Assembly (NCBI GenBank): GCA_951406725.2
Contig: OX597821.1
Span: 89,280,001-89,344,000 of the forward strand
DNA: 64,000 nucleotides
DNA from: Octopus vulgaris
Taxonomy: Eukaryota
Reading direction: 5' to 3'
A program made the position numbers and the translations under genes. The notes under the pieces are model-generated. The model saw only the letters and a program-made list of their open reading frames with translations. It did not search any database and was not told the origin of the DNA. Of this stretch, positions 35,991 through 51,267 are shown piece by piece. Within the stretch, counting starts at the first letter, position 1. Each line of letters begins with the position of its first letter.

Positions 35991-36499
35991 GTATGCCAAT
36001 CAAGTTTTGGTGTTGAAAGTGATTTTTAATTTTCTTTTATACCTAACTACAAAATCTGCAGCCTTCTACCTATGTTAGAAATCAATATTATTTTTAGTAC
36101 TGCTACATCAGTGAAGACTAGGTCTTTGGATTCGCTTGTGAAACATATTTGGCAATACCATCTATTAATATTCCTCCATCCAGGATTTAACTTATCTGCA
36201 GTAATAATTTGATAGAGAAAAACAGTTGAAGTTAATGTTATCACTGCTGCTGCTGCTGCTGTTGTTGTTGTTGTTGTTGTTTCTGTTGTTGTTGTGGTTG
36301 TTGGACTCCAAAGAAGGCATTGCAAGTGAAAGCTGTCAACCGTCTCCATGAACCAATATTCTGCTATTGATGTATTTAATAATTTCTGAAGGAGAATGGA
36401 AGATCATAGGCTAAGGTGGTCAGCATTGCAATATCTGGTAATTACATCAGACTATAAATAGAAGATAAATAAGGAATCAAGTTGGTGTTGTATGGTAGA

Positions 36500-37045
36500 A
36501 CAGGAAGGAAGAAATGAAAGAAAGAAAGAAAGAAAGAAAGAATGAAAGGAGGGAAAGAGAGAGAGAGGGGGGGATGAAGAAAGAAGAAAGTTCTAAAAAA
36601 TGAGAAAAGAAAAGCTTAAGAAACACAAGAAAAGAGAAGAAAATAGAAAAAAGTTAAAGAGGGAAAGAAACAAAAATAGAAGAAAGAAGAAAGAAAAAGA
36701 ATAAGAAGAGAAAATAGAAGTAAAAAGAAAGGAGAAAGTAAGGAGGAAAGAAAAGGAAGGAGAAGCTGAAAAAGAGAAGAAATGAGAAAGAAACAGAAAA
36801 TAAGTATAGAATATACAAACGTTGCAAGTAAAGAAATTTCTTTCTTTGCAGTATTGGTGGAGTAGGGGGAAGTGCTGAAAGGAATGAAAGCTGGATGATA
36901 GCAGTTAAGAGAGAAAAATAAAGGAGAGAGACAGTAAAGGAGAATGACTGTAAAAATACAAGAATAAAGGAAGTTAAGAGAGAAAGTAGTAAAAAGGCAA
37001 ACAGGATACGTTTAGGGGAAGGAGAAGGAAAAGAACCGAAGTCCA
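36500..37045. repeat. Purine-rich (GA/GAAA) low-complexity tract
   Basis: Direct reading; a similar tract lies at 39885-40185. Confidence 0.8.
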
Positions 37046-37944
37046 AAAAGTGTGGAATAATATATAAGGAGATTGTGGTTTAGATTTGTGGTGAAAATCA
37101 CGTTTAAGCCAAGCCCCTTGAAGCTTCATATTAGGTTCTTCCATTAATGTTCCATGAAACGCCAATCTTAGATGTCTTTGCACCTTTAAGTCCAGGGACA
37201 GAGAAAATACCTGGGAATGGTATAGTACAATTGTACATAAGGATGTGGTTGTAGTAGAACTATTGTACAATTGCACTACCCCTCCACACCATCTCCTTAT
37301 ATAGTTTGTGTTAACTATTCTTGATATTGTCTCTGATCATCTATGATCAGAGACTGATAGATTCTCTTCTTTGAAGTCATGAATTCCTGATTCTGCTCTG
37401 CTGAATAATGCCAAAAGTGCTCCTACTAAGAGAAGAGAGAGAGAGAGAGAGAGACAAAAATAGAGATAGAGGTGGAACAGAAAGAGAGAGAGAGAGAGAG
37501 GCAGACAGACAGAGAAACAGGAAGAGAGACAGTATGTGAATTCCAGCCAAAAGCCAAATTAACTAGCCTACTATGAACACCAACGACAATCAGAATGCCT
37601 AACATATATAAATGAGAGACATATTTTATTTAAAACCCTGAAGCCTATACCTACAAGCTAAGTCTTATCTCACGACAGTGGCAATGCAACAGTGTCAGTG
37701 AAGAGGTTGCAGGTATCAGGATGACAATTTTGACACAGAATAATAAATGATTAAGTAAAGTTAGATTTTGTGTTTATGAATGGCTAATATGTGGCTTCCA
37801 CATAGTAATTGCATTAGTTTCATCTCGTGGTCTCAGATCAAACCACTTGCCATATCTCTAAACTATGTGTGTGTCTGCACGCAAGCATGTGTATATTTAC
37901 ACATACACACAGACACTCATATATATGTACATAGGTATATTAAA

Positions 37945-38041
<97 letters not shown>

Positions 38042-38054
38042 GATAAATATATAT

Positions 38055-38226
38055 AGGTGTAGGAGTGGCTGTGTGGTAAGTAGCTTGCTTACCAACCACA
38101 TAGTTCCGGGTTCATTCCCACTGCATGGCAACTTGGGCAAGTGTCTTCTGCTATAGTCTCGGGCCGACCAAAGCCTTGTGAGTGGATTTGGTAGACAGAA
38201 AATGAAAGAAGCCTGTCGTATATATG

Positions 38227-38267
<41 letters not shown>

Positions 38268-38470
38268 TTGTGTGTCTGTGTTTGTCCCCCCAACATCGCT
38301 TGACAATCAATGCTGGTGTGTTTATGTCCTCGTAATTTAGCAGTTTAGCAAAAGAGACTGATACAATAAGTACTAGGCTTACAAAGAATAAGTCCTGGAG
38401 TCAATTTGCTTGACTAAAGGTGGTGCACCAGCATGGCTACAGTCAAATGACTGAAACAAGTAAAAGAGAG
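38055..38470 (+). mobile_element. SINE family A
   Basis: Full-length match. Confidence 0.9.
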
Positions 38471-38842
38471 ATACATATTGAAATATTATAAAGCCACACT
38501 GTGGGTGGACTATGTATGTAAACATAGTCTTCTGCTGAGAAGAAATACTCTGGTTCTTTCCTTGATCTATAGCATATGCCTGCTGTCATAACAATACCAT
38601 AAATTAAGCTAGCACCTTAATGGATAACCTAATTTAAATATTTGTGCATTTGACATCTATTTTTTTTTGTACAACACAGAGTAAATCAGGGTAACTGAAA
38701 TAAATTTAAATATGTTTATACTATTTTTATGCTATTGATGAGCAGAGAAAAGAGAAGAGAATTTTTTGACAGACCATTTTATGGTTGTTGATTGCTACTC
38801 AGATAAGACATCCCTGCCTTCCTAACCAAAACTATAGCACCA

Positions 38843-39175
38843 ATGCATGACTCAGTGATTAGAGTGTCGGGCTCACAATCATGAGGTAGTGGGTTCGATT
38901 CCTGGACCAGGTTATGTGCTGTGATCTTGAGCAAGGCACTTTATTTCACAATGCTCCAGTTCACTCAGCCATAGAAATGAGCTGCAACATCACTGTATTG
39001 ACCAAGCTGTATCGGCCTTTGCCTTTCCTTTGAATAACATCATTGGCGTAGAGAGGGGAGGCTGGTATGCATGAGAGACTGCTGGTCTTGTATGAACAAC
39101 CTTACCTGGACTTGTGCCTCAAAAGTGACTTTCTAGGTGCAATCCCATGGTCGTTCATGACTGAAGGGAGTCTCT
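38843..39175 (+). mobile_element. SINE family C
   Basis: Aligns along its length with 2322-2669; B box GGTTCGATTCC. Confidence 0.85.
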
Positions 39176-39269
39176 ACTCTTTACAAACATGTTCATGTGT
39201 AAACGCATAAGTTAAGGGCAAGAAGAAGAATAGACAGTATTCTAAAAGCAGCATAAAATATTATACATT

Positions 39270-39678
39270 ACTCTCTTTTCTCTCTTTTACTTCTTTCAGT
39301 CATTTGACTGCGGCCATGCTGGAGCACCGCCTTTAGTCGAGCAAATCGACCCCGGGACTTATTCTTTGTAAGCCCAGTACTTATTCTATCGGTCTCTTTT
39401 GCCGAACCGCTAAGTGACGGGGACATAAACACACCAGCATCGGTTGTCAAGCAATGTTGGGGGAACAAACACAGACACACAAACCCACACACACATACAT
39501 ATATATACATATATACGACAGGCTTCTTTCAGATTCCGTCTACCAAATCCACTCACAAGGCATTGGTCGGCCTGGGGCTATAGTAGAAGACACTTGCCCA
39601 AGATGCCACACAATGGGACTGAACCCGGAACTATGTGGTTGGTTAGCAAGCTACTTACCACACAGCCACTCCTGCGCG
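39270..39678 (-). mobile_element. SINE family A
   Basis: Full-length reverse-complement match. Confidence 0.9.
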
Positions 39679-40302
39679 TACTGGAAGCTGAATCTCCATA
39701 AATCGTTATACCAAGTTTTTCAGTTTTACTTATTTGACAAGTATGAAAAATAAAACATTGGAAAGGTAATTTCGAGACAGTCACAAGACATAATCGAAAT
39801 GAAAGTATCTTGTTAGCTGACGAATATGACCATTATATGAAATATATAAATGTAAACATGCTATTAAAGTAATATAAATTGCTAAAGGAAGGAGAGGAGG
39901 AAAGGTTGATCTAAGAGAAGGAGAGGGGGAAAAAGTGAGGATGAAGATAAGGAGGAAATAGTAAAAAAAAAAGGCAGTTGAAGATGTAAGAAAACAGAGC
40001 AGGTCGAGAGGAATGGAGAGAGAGAGAGAGTTCAGAAAAACAATAGAGAACAGAAAGAGTTGATTGAAAAGAAAACAGAAGTGAAGAAAGAAAAAGCTAA
40101 AGGAAGGAAGGAAGGAAAAAACAAGAGCAAGAAGAACAGCAGCAGCAACAGCAAAATTGACAACAACAACAAAAAAACGAAAATATCAATGGCAAGATCA
40201 ACAACAAATTAATTGAGTGCTTAAGGTTCTGGTGGTTATGTACTACCATCGAAAGCACCAGTTTAAAATATACATAAAATTGTTAACAATTTTATTTGAA
40301 AA

Positions 40303-40685
40303 TGCAGGTATGGCCATGTGGTAAGAAGTCTGGTTCCCAACCATCTCGATCTGGGTTCAGTCCTACTGTGGTGCTTTGGGTAAGATTCTTCTACTATAGC
40401 CTCAAACTGACCAAGTCCTCATGAGTGGATTTGGTAGATGGAAACTGCAAAAAGCCCACCCTGTATATATATAATTGTATGTGTGTGTGTGTGTGTACGT
40501 GTGTGTCCAGCAACAGTGGTTGACATTCAGTGTTGGTATGTTTACATCGTGTAAATTACAGATTCGGTAAAAGAAACCAATAAAATAAATTGCATGCTTT
40601 AAAGAATTAATAGTTAAAGGGGTAAAATTCTTCAAGATGGTGCTCCAGCATGGCAAAAGTCTAATGAGTGAAACAAGTAAAAAGT
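40303..40685 (+). mobile_element. SINE family A, diverged
   Basis: Degenerate head, GAGTGGATTTGGTAGATGGAAACTG and tail. Confidence 0.8.
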
Positions 40686-41366
40686 AGAAGATAAAATGGT
40701 AAAAGTATATACTAAAAAAGATAACAAATTAAAAGGTTTCATATATTATTTTGCAGTGATCTGCTACCTATTGCGCAGGATTTTTTATCACATATTTTCG
40801 GGGTCAATTTTATTCCATCAATATATAATTTGTCCTCTAAATATCATTTCTATTTATTTTTAGATAGTTTCCTTGTGTCATATATTGCTTTATTGCCTGA
40901 CGATCAGAAACGAGAACCTTGGTGTAAAGTTTTTCAAGCCTCCAATAATGTTTATGTATATGTGCATGTGTGTGCATGTGCCTATCTGCGTATGTGTACA
41001 CACACGTGTGTGCACACACAGACACACACACACACTAGTATCGAATAGTGAGAAAGAATGTTCGACACTACATAGCAGGATAAATATTCCTTATTTGTGG
41101 ATTAAAAAGGTAACCAGCGGTTTCATGCGGAAACAATATTGTCATCCAAATTGGAAACTATTTCCAAGTAGTCCACTTAAATAATTATGGACATCTCTTC
41201 CACAGGAAGCCATTAGTTACCTTATTAATTTTCAAAATGAAAAAGTCAATGTGTAAGTATACATACTCACACACACACACACACATATATACTATATACA
41301 CACATATATACTATATACATATATACATATATACATATATACATATATACATATATATATATATAA

Positions 41367-41409
<43 letters not shown>

Positions 41410-41422
41410 CTATATACACACG

Positions 41423-41515
<93 letters not shown>

Positions 41516-41519
41516 CTAC

Positions 41520-41660
41520 CCGCTAACTCTAAAAGTTTTTTTCATTCTCTCTCTGTTTATTTCCTCGTGTTCCTTTCTGCTGGAGAGTGTAGGCTCAAAA
41601 AGTAAAAGACTTTCCGACCTTCCCGAACCTCAAACTAATACACCTGCTTGTCGTTTATAT
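41520..41660 (+). mobile_element. Decayed Penelope-like pLTR fragment with a degenerate minimal HHR
   Basis: CTTT-CTGCTGG-A-GAG-tgtagg-CTC-AAAA-AG-TA-AAAG at about 41574-41609 keeps helices I and II with a mutated core; abuts a TA/CA microsatellite. Confidence 0.45.
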
Positions 41661-41751
41661 AGTGAATGTTCTTGCAGCCGTTGGTTTTTGATCTGACAGT
41701 GTATGCGAGCATTCTGAAATATGATGTGCAGGTGTCATGAGTAACTACACT

Positions 41752-42094
41752 GGATGGAAGCACTCCGTCGGTTACGACGATGAGGGTTCCGGTTGATCCG
41801 AATCAACGGAACAGCCTGCTCGTGAAATTAACGCAGTTAAGGATATTCAGCGTGACACAGAGAGTGACAAGGCCGGCCCCTTGAAATACAGGTACAACAG
41901 AAACAGGAAGTAAGAGTGAGAGAAAGTTGTGGTGAAAGAGTACAACAGGGATCACCACCATCCCCTGCCGGAGCCTCATGGAGCTTTAGGTGCTTTCGCT
42001 CAATAAACACTCACAACACCCGGTCTGGGAATCGAAACCGCGATCCTATGACCGCGAGTCCACTGCCCTAACCACTGGGCCATTGCGCCTCCAC
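41752..42094 (-). mobile_element. tRNA-derived SINE family D
   Basis: Head TGGAGGCGCAATGGCCCAGTGG, B box GTTTCGATTCCC; TSD AACTACACT. Confidence 0.9.
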
Positions 42095-42109
42095 AACTAC
42101 ACTATAATG

Positions 42110-42800
42110 TTTATAAATCATAACTGATGTACATAACTGAACCATCGTGCATATCAAAAATTAAGTGCATGATGCTTCCATTGGTAAATATGTTTATTAG
42201 GAAGAACAAATCTTGGAGATGGAAAACATCTAATTCCCCAATTCTCCCGATTAATGTCTTCACTGGTTCTCTCAGGATCTGAAACATCCCATTGAAATAT
42301 AAACTAAACATTCATACACCATTGTTACGTGGAATAATTGTACTGACAAGGTTTTTGTTATCGAAACGTATTCATAGTTGCTATCCCTGATATTTTAAAC
42401 GAATTGAAGCCAAGATATTAAAGTAATTTTCCCTACGATCTGGATAAGTGTAAATACTGCGTGTAGCAACTGTTGAATACATTTGAGTTGAGTCTTGTAC
42501 AATTTTCTTCGGTACCATTGGAATTTGGTTCAGTTATAGTTGTTCTTTATCTCATCATTATGGATAGGTGCATTTTTCCAAGCAGGCAGACTATGAGGTT
42601 CCTCTATTCGTAAATTGGTTCTTGGAGTGAGAACTGTCTGGATGTATCTGTTAGGTAGTGGTGCGAGATCTAAAAATCGATGTTATCCAGACAGAACTAG
42701 CTGATCTTAATGTTATTAGTGTTGTAGAGTTTATTGTATTACTTATGTGTAGATGAGAAATGGCGTCTTACCAAGGAGAAAAAGATTTTGATTAAGTTGG
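42110..42800 (-). pseudogene. Penelope-like relic (RT-endonuclease linker region)
   Basis: LIKIFFSLVRRHFSSTHK.YNKLYNTNNIKIS.FCLDNI resembles the KHFP..KIFN..KISYSC linker. Confidence 0.55.
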
Positions 42801-43297
42801 TGGTTACATTCACATGTATATATGAATTTATACACTCAGCCACACACACACATATGTATATACACGTGTGCACACGCGTGTGTGTGAATGTATGCATGCA
42901 TATATGTAGGTATGCTTCAATGGAAAATGATTTCATGGTTCTTCAGAAGATTTATCAGCTTTCGTAATGGAGTGTCATTCAAAAGCGAGAAGCAGAGAAT
43001 ACAATAGGGATATTTTATCATTACAGCTATTTTTCTACAGTGTTATTAATTCCATTGTTTGTTCTTGTTATTGCTGTTACAGTCATGGTTGCTATTGTTA
43101 TTTTGCTGCTCACACGCTCACGTATTTACACACACACACACACACACACATCATATATGTCTGTATATATGGGTATATGTGTGTGCATATACCTATATAT
43201 ACATACATACATATGTTTGTGTCTAGTTATATTAATATATATAGATATACACACACATTATGTTTGTCTCTCTCTCTCTCCCTTTCTCTCTCTCTCT

Positions 43298-43345
<48 letters not shown>

Positions 43346-43351
43346 ACATAT

Positions 43352-43403
<52 letters not shown>

Positions 43404-43569
43404 ACATATACACATACGTATATAGATAATATGCCTGTATATATATAGCACAAACACACATAGACGCACACAAATATATATATATATATATATATAGAAA
43501 CATTTATATACATATGTTTCTATATATATATGTATATATATATATATATAGAAACATTTATATACATAT

Positions 43570-43621
<52 letters not shown>

Positions 43622-43640
43622 ACATTTATATACATATGTT

Positions 43641-43681
<41 letters not shown>

Positions 43682-44132
43682 GCATATATATACTCATCAT
43701 ATGTATCAGTTATCTATGTGTGCGTACATATGTATATGTCTGTGCAAGTACGAAGCGAACTGAGATGAAGTGCGAAGGGTGAGGTGTGACTTGTTTATTA
43801 TGTAACAAAAAATAAATCTATCATATAGAAATAGACACAAAAAAAAGAGAAATGCCGAAACGAAGCCCAAAGCCAGATGTAAAGATAGCTGGAATATATG
43901 ATGGAAAATTATTAACCATTTTGTACATATAGTGTTTATTTTGTCATAATTCTATATTCTCGGGTGAATTTTTTTGCTTGTGGTATAGTTTTGGTGTATA
44001 TTTGTGTTTCAGAAGAGATACGACATGAAAAACTCTGAAAGGAAAGAAAGATAAAAAAAAATGAAACTATATATGTGTGTGCATATGTCTGTAGGTATGT
44101 CTAGGTTTTCTTGTACAATGAAATATTAAATA

Positions 44133-44202
<70 letters not shown>

Positions 44203-44234
44203 GAGCAGCAACATTATCATCATCATCATCAGCC

Positions 44235-44430
44235 AAAGGCACAGGGGGGGGGGACTATTCGATTTCATCGAACCTCAGTACGCAACTGGTACTTAATTTA
44301 TCAACCCCCAAAAAGAAGGATGAAAGACAAAGTCAACCTCGGTGGAAGGTGAGCTCAGAACGTAGCGACGGGCGAAATACCGCTAAGCATTTCGCCCAGC
44401 ATGCTAACAATTCTTCCAGCTCGCCGCCTT
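44235..44430 (-). mobile_element. SINE family B
   Basis: Head CCAGCTCGCCGCCTT and core in reverse complement. Confidence 0.8.
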
Positions 44431-44652
44431 ATATTATAAAAAAAAAAAAAAAAAAAATAATAATAATAATAATAATAATCCATCCAATAACATCCATCCA
44501 TGAATTTATTTATTTATTAATTTTTAAATACATATTTTATCTGTGAATTTGCGCGTGTAATCTGGGAATGCATACAATGCTCTTCTCTGCTCAAGGTGTA
44601 TGGAAAACACTCGGCGAGAAACGGAAGAAAATTTGAAGAAAGAAGGTAAAAA

Positions 44653-44945
<293 letters not shown>

Positions 44946-45059
44946 TAGGAAGATAGTAGCAGCAAAAGTTGAGAGAGTCTCAACAGCAAAGACATCAACA
45001 ATGGTGATAGTGTTAACACCGGCGGAGCACAAAACAAGAACACTCTAACAGCAACAGTG

Positions 45060-45730
45060 GCATGGCTTTCTTCACAAGAATAGTCTCCACAAGGGAACTA
45101 TAATGTCTCTCCTTGCAAAATAAGTGCGAGAAATTATAAGATCTCGATTCAGTTACGAAAACTGATAGAAATGTATGCCCCTTCCTGAAACTCTTGCTGT
45201 AATTACTAGACAGACTCTACTGTATCATTTCATGAATTTAACAAACTTGTTGCTTGGAGGGCTACGAATTCATGAGCAGAAAGGGCCTTCTGTGTCGTAT
45301 GATAGGATATAGAATATACATTGAATGCAAGGCAGTTCGGTGAAGCCGAACTTTTATTTCAGATTGAGGCCTTCACAATACAACATTCAGGGATCACTCG
45401 CCAGAGTGAAGACGACAATTCCGAAGTCCTGTGATAGCGTGATCACTGGTGGATATTGACATGTATAGTTTTGAAGGGGATGGAAATCCTATTGCAAGGA
45501 AAAGAAAGAAGTAGGAGGTCTGGTATGAGACAAGAGATCCTTCTCCGTGTAAATTTCGAGCTCCTAAAAAGGTTCACAGACCTTACATGGCTACGGAATA
45601 GGGTAAAACTACGCATAATTGTAGAGAGCAGATGACTAAGATGCCGTATCTGTGGGAAATTGTCCACCTCAGGGAGTCTGTCTCTACAAGCAAGACAATA
45701 TATGGTAAAGAAGGGTTCCTCGCTGTTGTA
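45060..45730 (+). mobile_element. Possible decayed R4-type LINE fragment
   Basis: GGL..-like and RCRICGK zinc-knuckle-like peptides downstream of a long (TAA)n tract; heavily degenerate. Confidence 0.3.
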
Positions 45731-46037
45731 GACACCATCATTGCGAAAACAACCAGCAACAACCAGTGTGACGTCGACAACAAGAACAACAACAGTATGC
45801 AACAACATAAACAGTAGTAATAGTAGGATCAAAAAGAAATGAACAAAACAAAACAATTCTAGCATCATCAACAATAGCAACAACACTTGCAACCACAATT
45901 AAATGCAAATGTAAGATAATGGACATTGTTATTGGGGTTATTTCACTCCAAATGAATGAACGTATTCCAAGAGTAACCACCTTGGGTTACTTTCAGCAAT
46001 AGTCTTCCCTCGGTTACATTTATTCTTTTATAAACAA

Positions 46038-46436
46038 CTAGCAGTATCGCCCGGCGTTGCTCGGATTTGTAAGGGAAATAACTATAAAGCATTTTTAGAG
46101 AGTTATAGCCAAAAAATAGCAAAAAAATGCATTAAAAACGGAAAAAAAAATGATGGCAAATTTTTTAAATCGTTGACTCATCGTAGACATTTTTAGAGAG
46201 TAACTTCCCTTATATAATGGCGAAAACAATGCATTAAAATGGAAAAAAATTATGGTAAATTATTTTTAAAATCGTAGACTCATCGTAGACGCGCGCTAAT
46301 ACCCAGAAGGGCTCGATATGAATCACGACTACAAGATACCCGGTTTTGGTTAAACTGCACCGCAAAATGTGGGTGTAGTTAGGAATCTAAATCGTAGGAG
46401 ACAGACAGCACACAACCTCTCTTTTATATATAAAGA
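46038..46436 (-). mobile_element. Non-autonomous Helitron
   Basis: Minus strand begins A|TC, ends with a GC-rich subterminal palindrome (CCGAGCAACGCCGGG) then CTAG|T; no TSD. Confidence 0.85.
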
Positions 46437-46494
46437 TAGGAGTATTGTTTAGTATTTGCTTGTAAATTTTGGTAGAGCAAACAACCATATAAAG

Positions 46495-46671
46495 CAGTAG
46501 TTCCCCAACTTTTTAGAGTCGCAACCCACTATTTATTACACCAGTTTATGACGACCCACTTAACTCTACTTGAACTATCTCGATAGACAGGAGTTAATCA
46601 AAGCTAATGCGTAATTTTATAACTTTTTGCGACCCATCTGTGGGTCGCGACTCATAGTTTGGGAACCACTG
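46495..46671. mobile_element. hAT (Charlie-like) MITE
   Basis: TIRs CAGTAGTTCCCCAAC / GTTTGGGAACCACTG; perfect 8-bp TSD ATATAAAG. Confidence 0.9.
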
Positions 46672-48558
46672 ATATAAAGACTTTCACCGATAGGATGGGA
46701 AATGATGCTGCTTATTTCCAAGTCAACCTTTAATTAAAGACATTCGAACTATGACCATCCTGTGATTTGGAACTGTTTTTCACTTTGCTTGAGGTGGTTG
46801 GGTTTAATTCGAAGGTGTTTGGCTATATCTACCAGACGGAATGAGTAAAAACAGAGATGCCACCATTAACTGGAATGAGATATTTCCCGTTTTTGGATTG
46901 TTTAATCCCTGGTCAATTCTGATTCATTCATTTCTGACGAAAGCTGTTCCAGTTGTGAGTTTTAGGAAAACCGTGTATCTAGGATTGCATTATCTTATAC
47001 ATAATGCACAGTATGCTATCGTTGTTGTTGTTTTAATCCATGTTATACCTGAAGTAAAGAAACTTATATTGAAAGGTTTATTAACTAAGACCATTCCACT
47101 TTTATTCTCAGTTATAGTGTTGTGGATTTGGTTAGCTGGGAGCTGCATTATTTGGTCTGACAGCGTGCTGCTTCCAAATAAAACCAATCATGATATTAAG
47201 AATTTAGCAATATATCTATTTGCAGATAGATGTTACAGTAGTTACATAAGCTGTTATGTCGAATGATAGTAGTTAATGTGTGAGAATGTAAGCTTGGCAA
47301 GAGTTGAGAATGTATACTCGGTGAGAGATCTTTTAACAAGCGGTCGAGTTGACGTGGCTGCGGTTAACTAAAAAAAATTTCTGCAATTTTATATCCTGCA
47401 TATCTCAAATTATAACTATGATTTGGGGCAAAACCGAATGAAAATTTCCATTTGATTTCATCACAATACCAATACATGTAAATGATGACTGACGGAAATA
47501 TAGGCCAAGATCACCTGTACGTTGTGGCCTTCATCAGTTACTTCTCTGGCAACGATTCAAATGCAGTGTACTGTTACAGTGTACCCTGCGCATATACAGT
47601 GCACGATATCCAATAATTCCTCAAATAATAAAATGTCAGGATTTAATTTCTAGCAAATTCGTCTCATTTCTAGCAGATGTAATAACCATGTAGCAATCTT
47701 TTATTTTTAGATATTGTTGCTATTTGAGTCCTGGTCAGCTCTGATCTAGCAGGCATGAGACCAAAAATATTCCAACTGTGACCATCTAGGTTTGTTTACT
47801 TATTTTGTATAAAAGAACATCTTGATCGATGAGTTCTTCAATTTTTATGACATTAGTGCATGATTTGTGGAAATTTGACAACTGTTTCTGGCAGTGATGG
47901 AAATGAATCTAAAGAAATAGAAGTTCGCTATTGACCAAGTTCCTGAGGATGAGAAGGTGGAATAAAATATCATAAGTCAGCCAACACTGCGCATTGAGGA
48001 ACACCATCCTCCTACGTACACCAGCTACTATTACCATAATTGGTTTCTATCCGCGTAAGCAACCGCACAGTGGTTTTCTGGCTGTCTCATTTCAAAAGAT
48101 ATTGACAAGAAGGGGGAAGAGAAGGAGAGGAAGGAGGAGCAGGAGGCTTAATCCCAATTCAACCCTGATCCTGTAGACATACGATCAAAGTCAGTCCAGA
48201 AAACTTGGCTCAATTTTGTCCTGCGTACTGAGGCTTTAGGACCAAATTGTGAAATACGCCATGTTCTAAGACGGTAGTGAGTCTGAAAAATCAACCTGTT
48301 ATATCTTGCAAGTTAAGTAGCCTTGCAGAGGCATAGTCATTGTCTCGTGTAGGGATGATGTAATAAAGGAAGGCGCTAGAATGTGTTTTGGTCATAAGCT
48401 GTCAGACATTATGACAATGCACAATATATCAGTGTAGACATCTAAAAAGCCAATACTTGCTCTGATTCCTTTTGATGTGTTCTGGCTAAAATGGAACTCT
48501 TTTTGTTCTGATCAGGTCGGTGTCGAAGTCAAGTATCAGACCACCTGTCAACCTGATT

Positions 48559-48606
<48 letters not shown>

Positions 48607-48796
48607 AACACACACATACACACACACACACAGACACACACACATACACACACACATGTATGTATGTATGTATGAATATTTACATACATACATACATTTA
48701 CATATATATACATATCCATATACTTATGTGTATACACATATTCCTATACTTATATATATATATACATATACATGTACATATATGCATGCATATATT

Positions 48797-48854
<58 letters not shown>

Positions 48855-49926
48855 TGTATGTATGTATGTGTGTATGTATATGCATGCATATATATGAATA
48901 TATATATATATATATATATATACATTTACATATGCATATGTATATATGTATGTAAATATATATATATATATGGGTATATATATATATACACATACACATA
49001 CTTTCATATTTAAATAGATACATACATAAAAGTCCGTGGTGTATGCATATATATATATATGTGTGTGTGTGTGTAGGGAGAGAGAGGGAGAGAGAAGTAG
49101 AAGAAGAAGAAGAAGAAAAGTGGGAAGAGAGGGGAACATGAGGGAAGAAGAGACACAGATGTATGTATGTGTGTATCAATGTTATCTATTTTCGTTCGTT
49201 GTTGATAGGTAAACAATATCTCCACTAGAGACAAAGAGATTAAATAGAAAATAAAAGATATAATAGTAGTGGTACTCGTGGTGGTGGCGGTGGTGGTGGT
49301 GGGGTGGTGGTGGTGGTGGGTTGTCGAGGATGACTACAACGACAAAGATGACGACGACGACGACGATGATGACGATGATGACGAGATGTAAAAAATGGTG
49401 ATGGTAATGGTGCCGGTTTAGCCGACGAATGTGAGAATATTGATGATCATCACGATACCGGTGGTGGTGGCGACGATGGACATAACGCTGCTGCAGATGG
49501 TGATTGTTATATAAAAAAATGTTATTTTTTTAAAGTCTTGGGTGGAGTTCGTTGGAGAACAGAAATAAAGTTCTTTGTCTTTGGTTTTCTAATAAAAAAA
49601 AAAAACCAATGACACAGCTGGCATCATATGTGCATACGTATGCAGACAGACATAAACATATTCACAAGCAAAAACACGCATATATATACATTGATGCATA
49701 TGCGTTTGTGTATGCGTGGTGTACGCATGTGTGTATGTGTGCTTGGAGTATAGTAGTTCGGTTTATGTAAAAACTTAATCTTTCTAATTTCAAGTTCAAG
49801 CCTAAAGGGAGGGGAATGTCTGATAATACAATCCCAATTTTTTTCCGCAAATAAGAAACATTTATAAGTGCATTGTGAATAATTAACGAACCATCCTCAT
49901 CTGTGTGTGTGTGTGTATATGTATGC

Positions 49927-49957
<31 letters not shown>

Positions 49958-51267
49958 AGTGTACATGCATACGCATACTCATGCGTATATGAACTGATTT
50001 ACACAACTCGAGTTTCATGTAGATGCGATCTTCAGGCGAGAAGTGTTACATTTCAATATGATTGTTTATTTATATCCAGTGGAGTGGATACAATCTTTTA
50101 TTTCTGTCTAATGTTTGGATTGCTTGTTTGAATTTTTTTTGTCTGTCGGTTGTATGGCTGTTATTTTGGGGTCTTAATTGGATGCATTTTCGTATTTTAA
50201 TGAGTTATTTTCTTTGAATTCTTTGGCAACATGCGTGTTTGGTTAACTGTATTTTGTTTTCTGTTTCTTTGACTGGGTTTAAGAGAAAATTTTGCCGTCT
50301 CATCGTAATACTGTTTATTTGTCGACTCGTTCATATCTGAGCCCAGTTCTTCATAAGCGTTTATTTTATCGATTTCAGAAAGATAAATGCCAAAGATAAC
50401 TCCTGCAGAATTTGAATTAATATTATAAAGAAACGTAACTAATTACTGGAAGTCATTAATTGCTATCAGAACAGACTGTACTAACCTTTTCACCTTTATA
50501 ATAATAATAATACACACATACATATAAGAACATGAAGAACAGTGTATTAAAAATGTATGCTTTGTAACCATATAGCTCGAAGTTCAATCTTAGTGCAAGG
50601 GAATAAAAATGTCTTGAAGCGTTGACTCCCGATGATCAATATCTTAGTAGAACGAAATTATGCAGAAGTTGATCGTGTGTGTGTGTGTGTGCAGTGCCAT
50701 TTTAAGTTCATGAACACACAGGGCAGTTGCTTGTGTCTCACACGAATCTAGGGGCCCAATTCTGATGTATGTATGCTGTGATTTGCAGTGAATAAAAACT
50801 ACAAGGCCCAGTGTTTCGATTTACCCGGTAATCAATAAGGCTGCCAAGACGGTCCTGCGTTTGTGTGTGTGTGTGTGTGCGTGTGCAGTCCTGTTTTAGA
50901 ACTGGAGCACATTTTGGATAGGTACGCCATATGGTTTTATATTATCAGACGGGATTAAATGGCTAGTGTAAGGAAGGGTTTCCTGCTGTATATCAGTGAT
51001 TCAAAAGTTGCCAACCTATACCACCAAAAAAGAAGTATGATGACGATGATGATGATGATGATGATGATAATGATGATGATGATGATGAGGAGGAGGATGA
51101 TGATGAAGATGATGATGATGATGATGATGAAGATGATGGTGTGTGTGGGTGTATGTCTGTGTTTCTTTATCCTGGTGGAAATCAGCCATTTTGAATTGCA
51201 TTCCTTATACGTCAAAAAGCAACTTAACAACTCGATAAAGATACATCGCTATAATCAGTGCCAAAAA

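Noticed and set aside
42020-42094. tRNA gene calls at SINE heads (also 2322, 38843, 59965)
   Set aside because: The A and B boxes continue into multicopy SINE bodies with TSDs; I could not build a complete cloverleaf with a terminator.
47525-47580. CCTTCATCAG box like that of the permuted HHRs
   Set aside because: No GAAA box at the expected spacing and no helix I complement.
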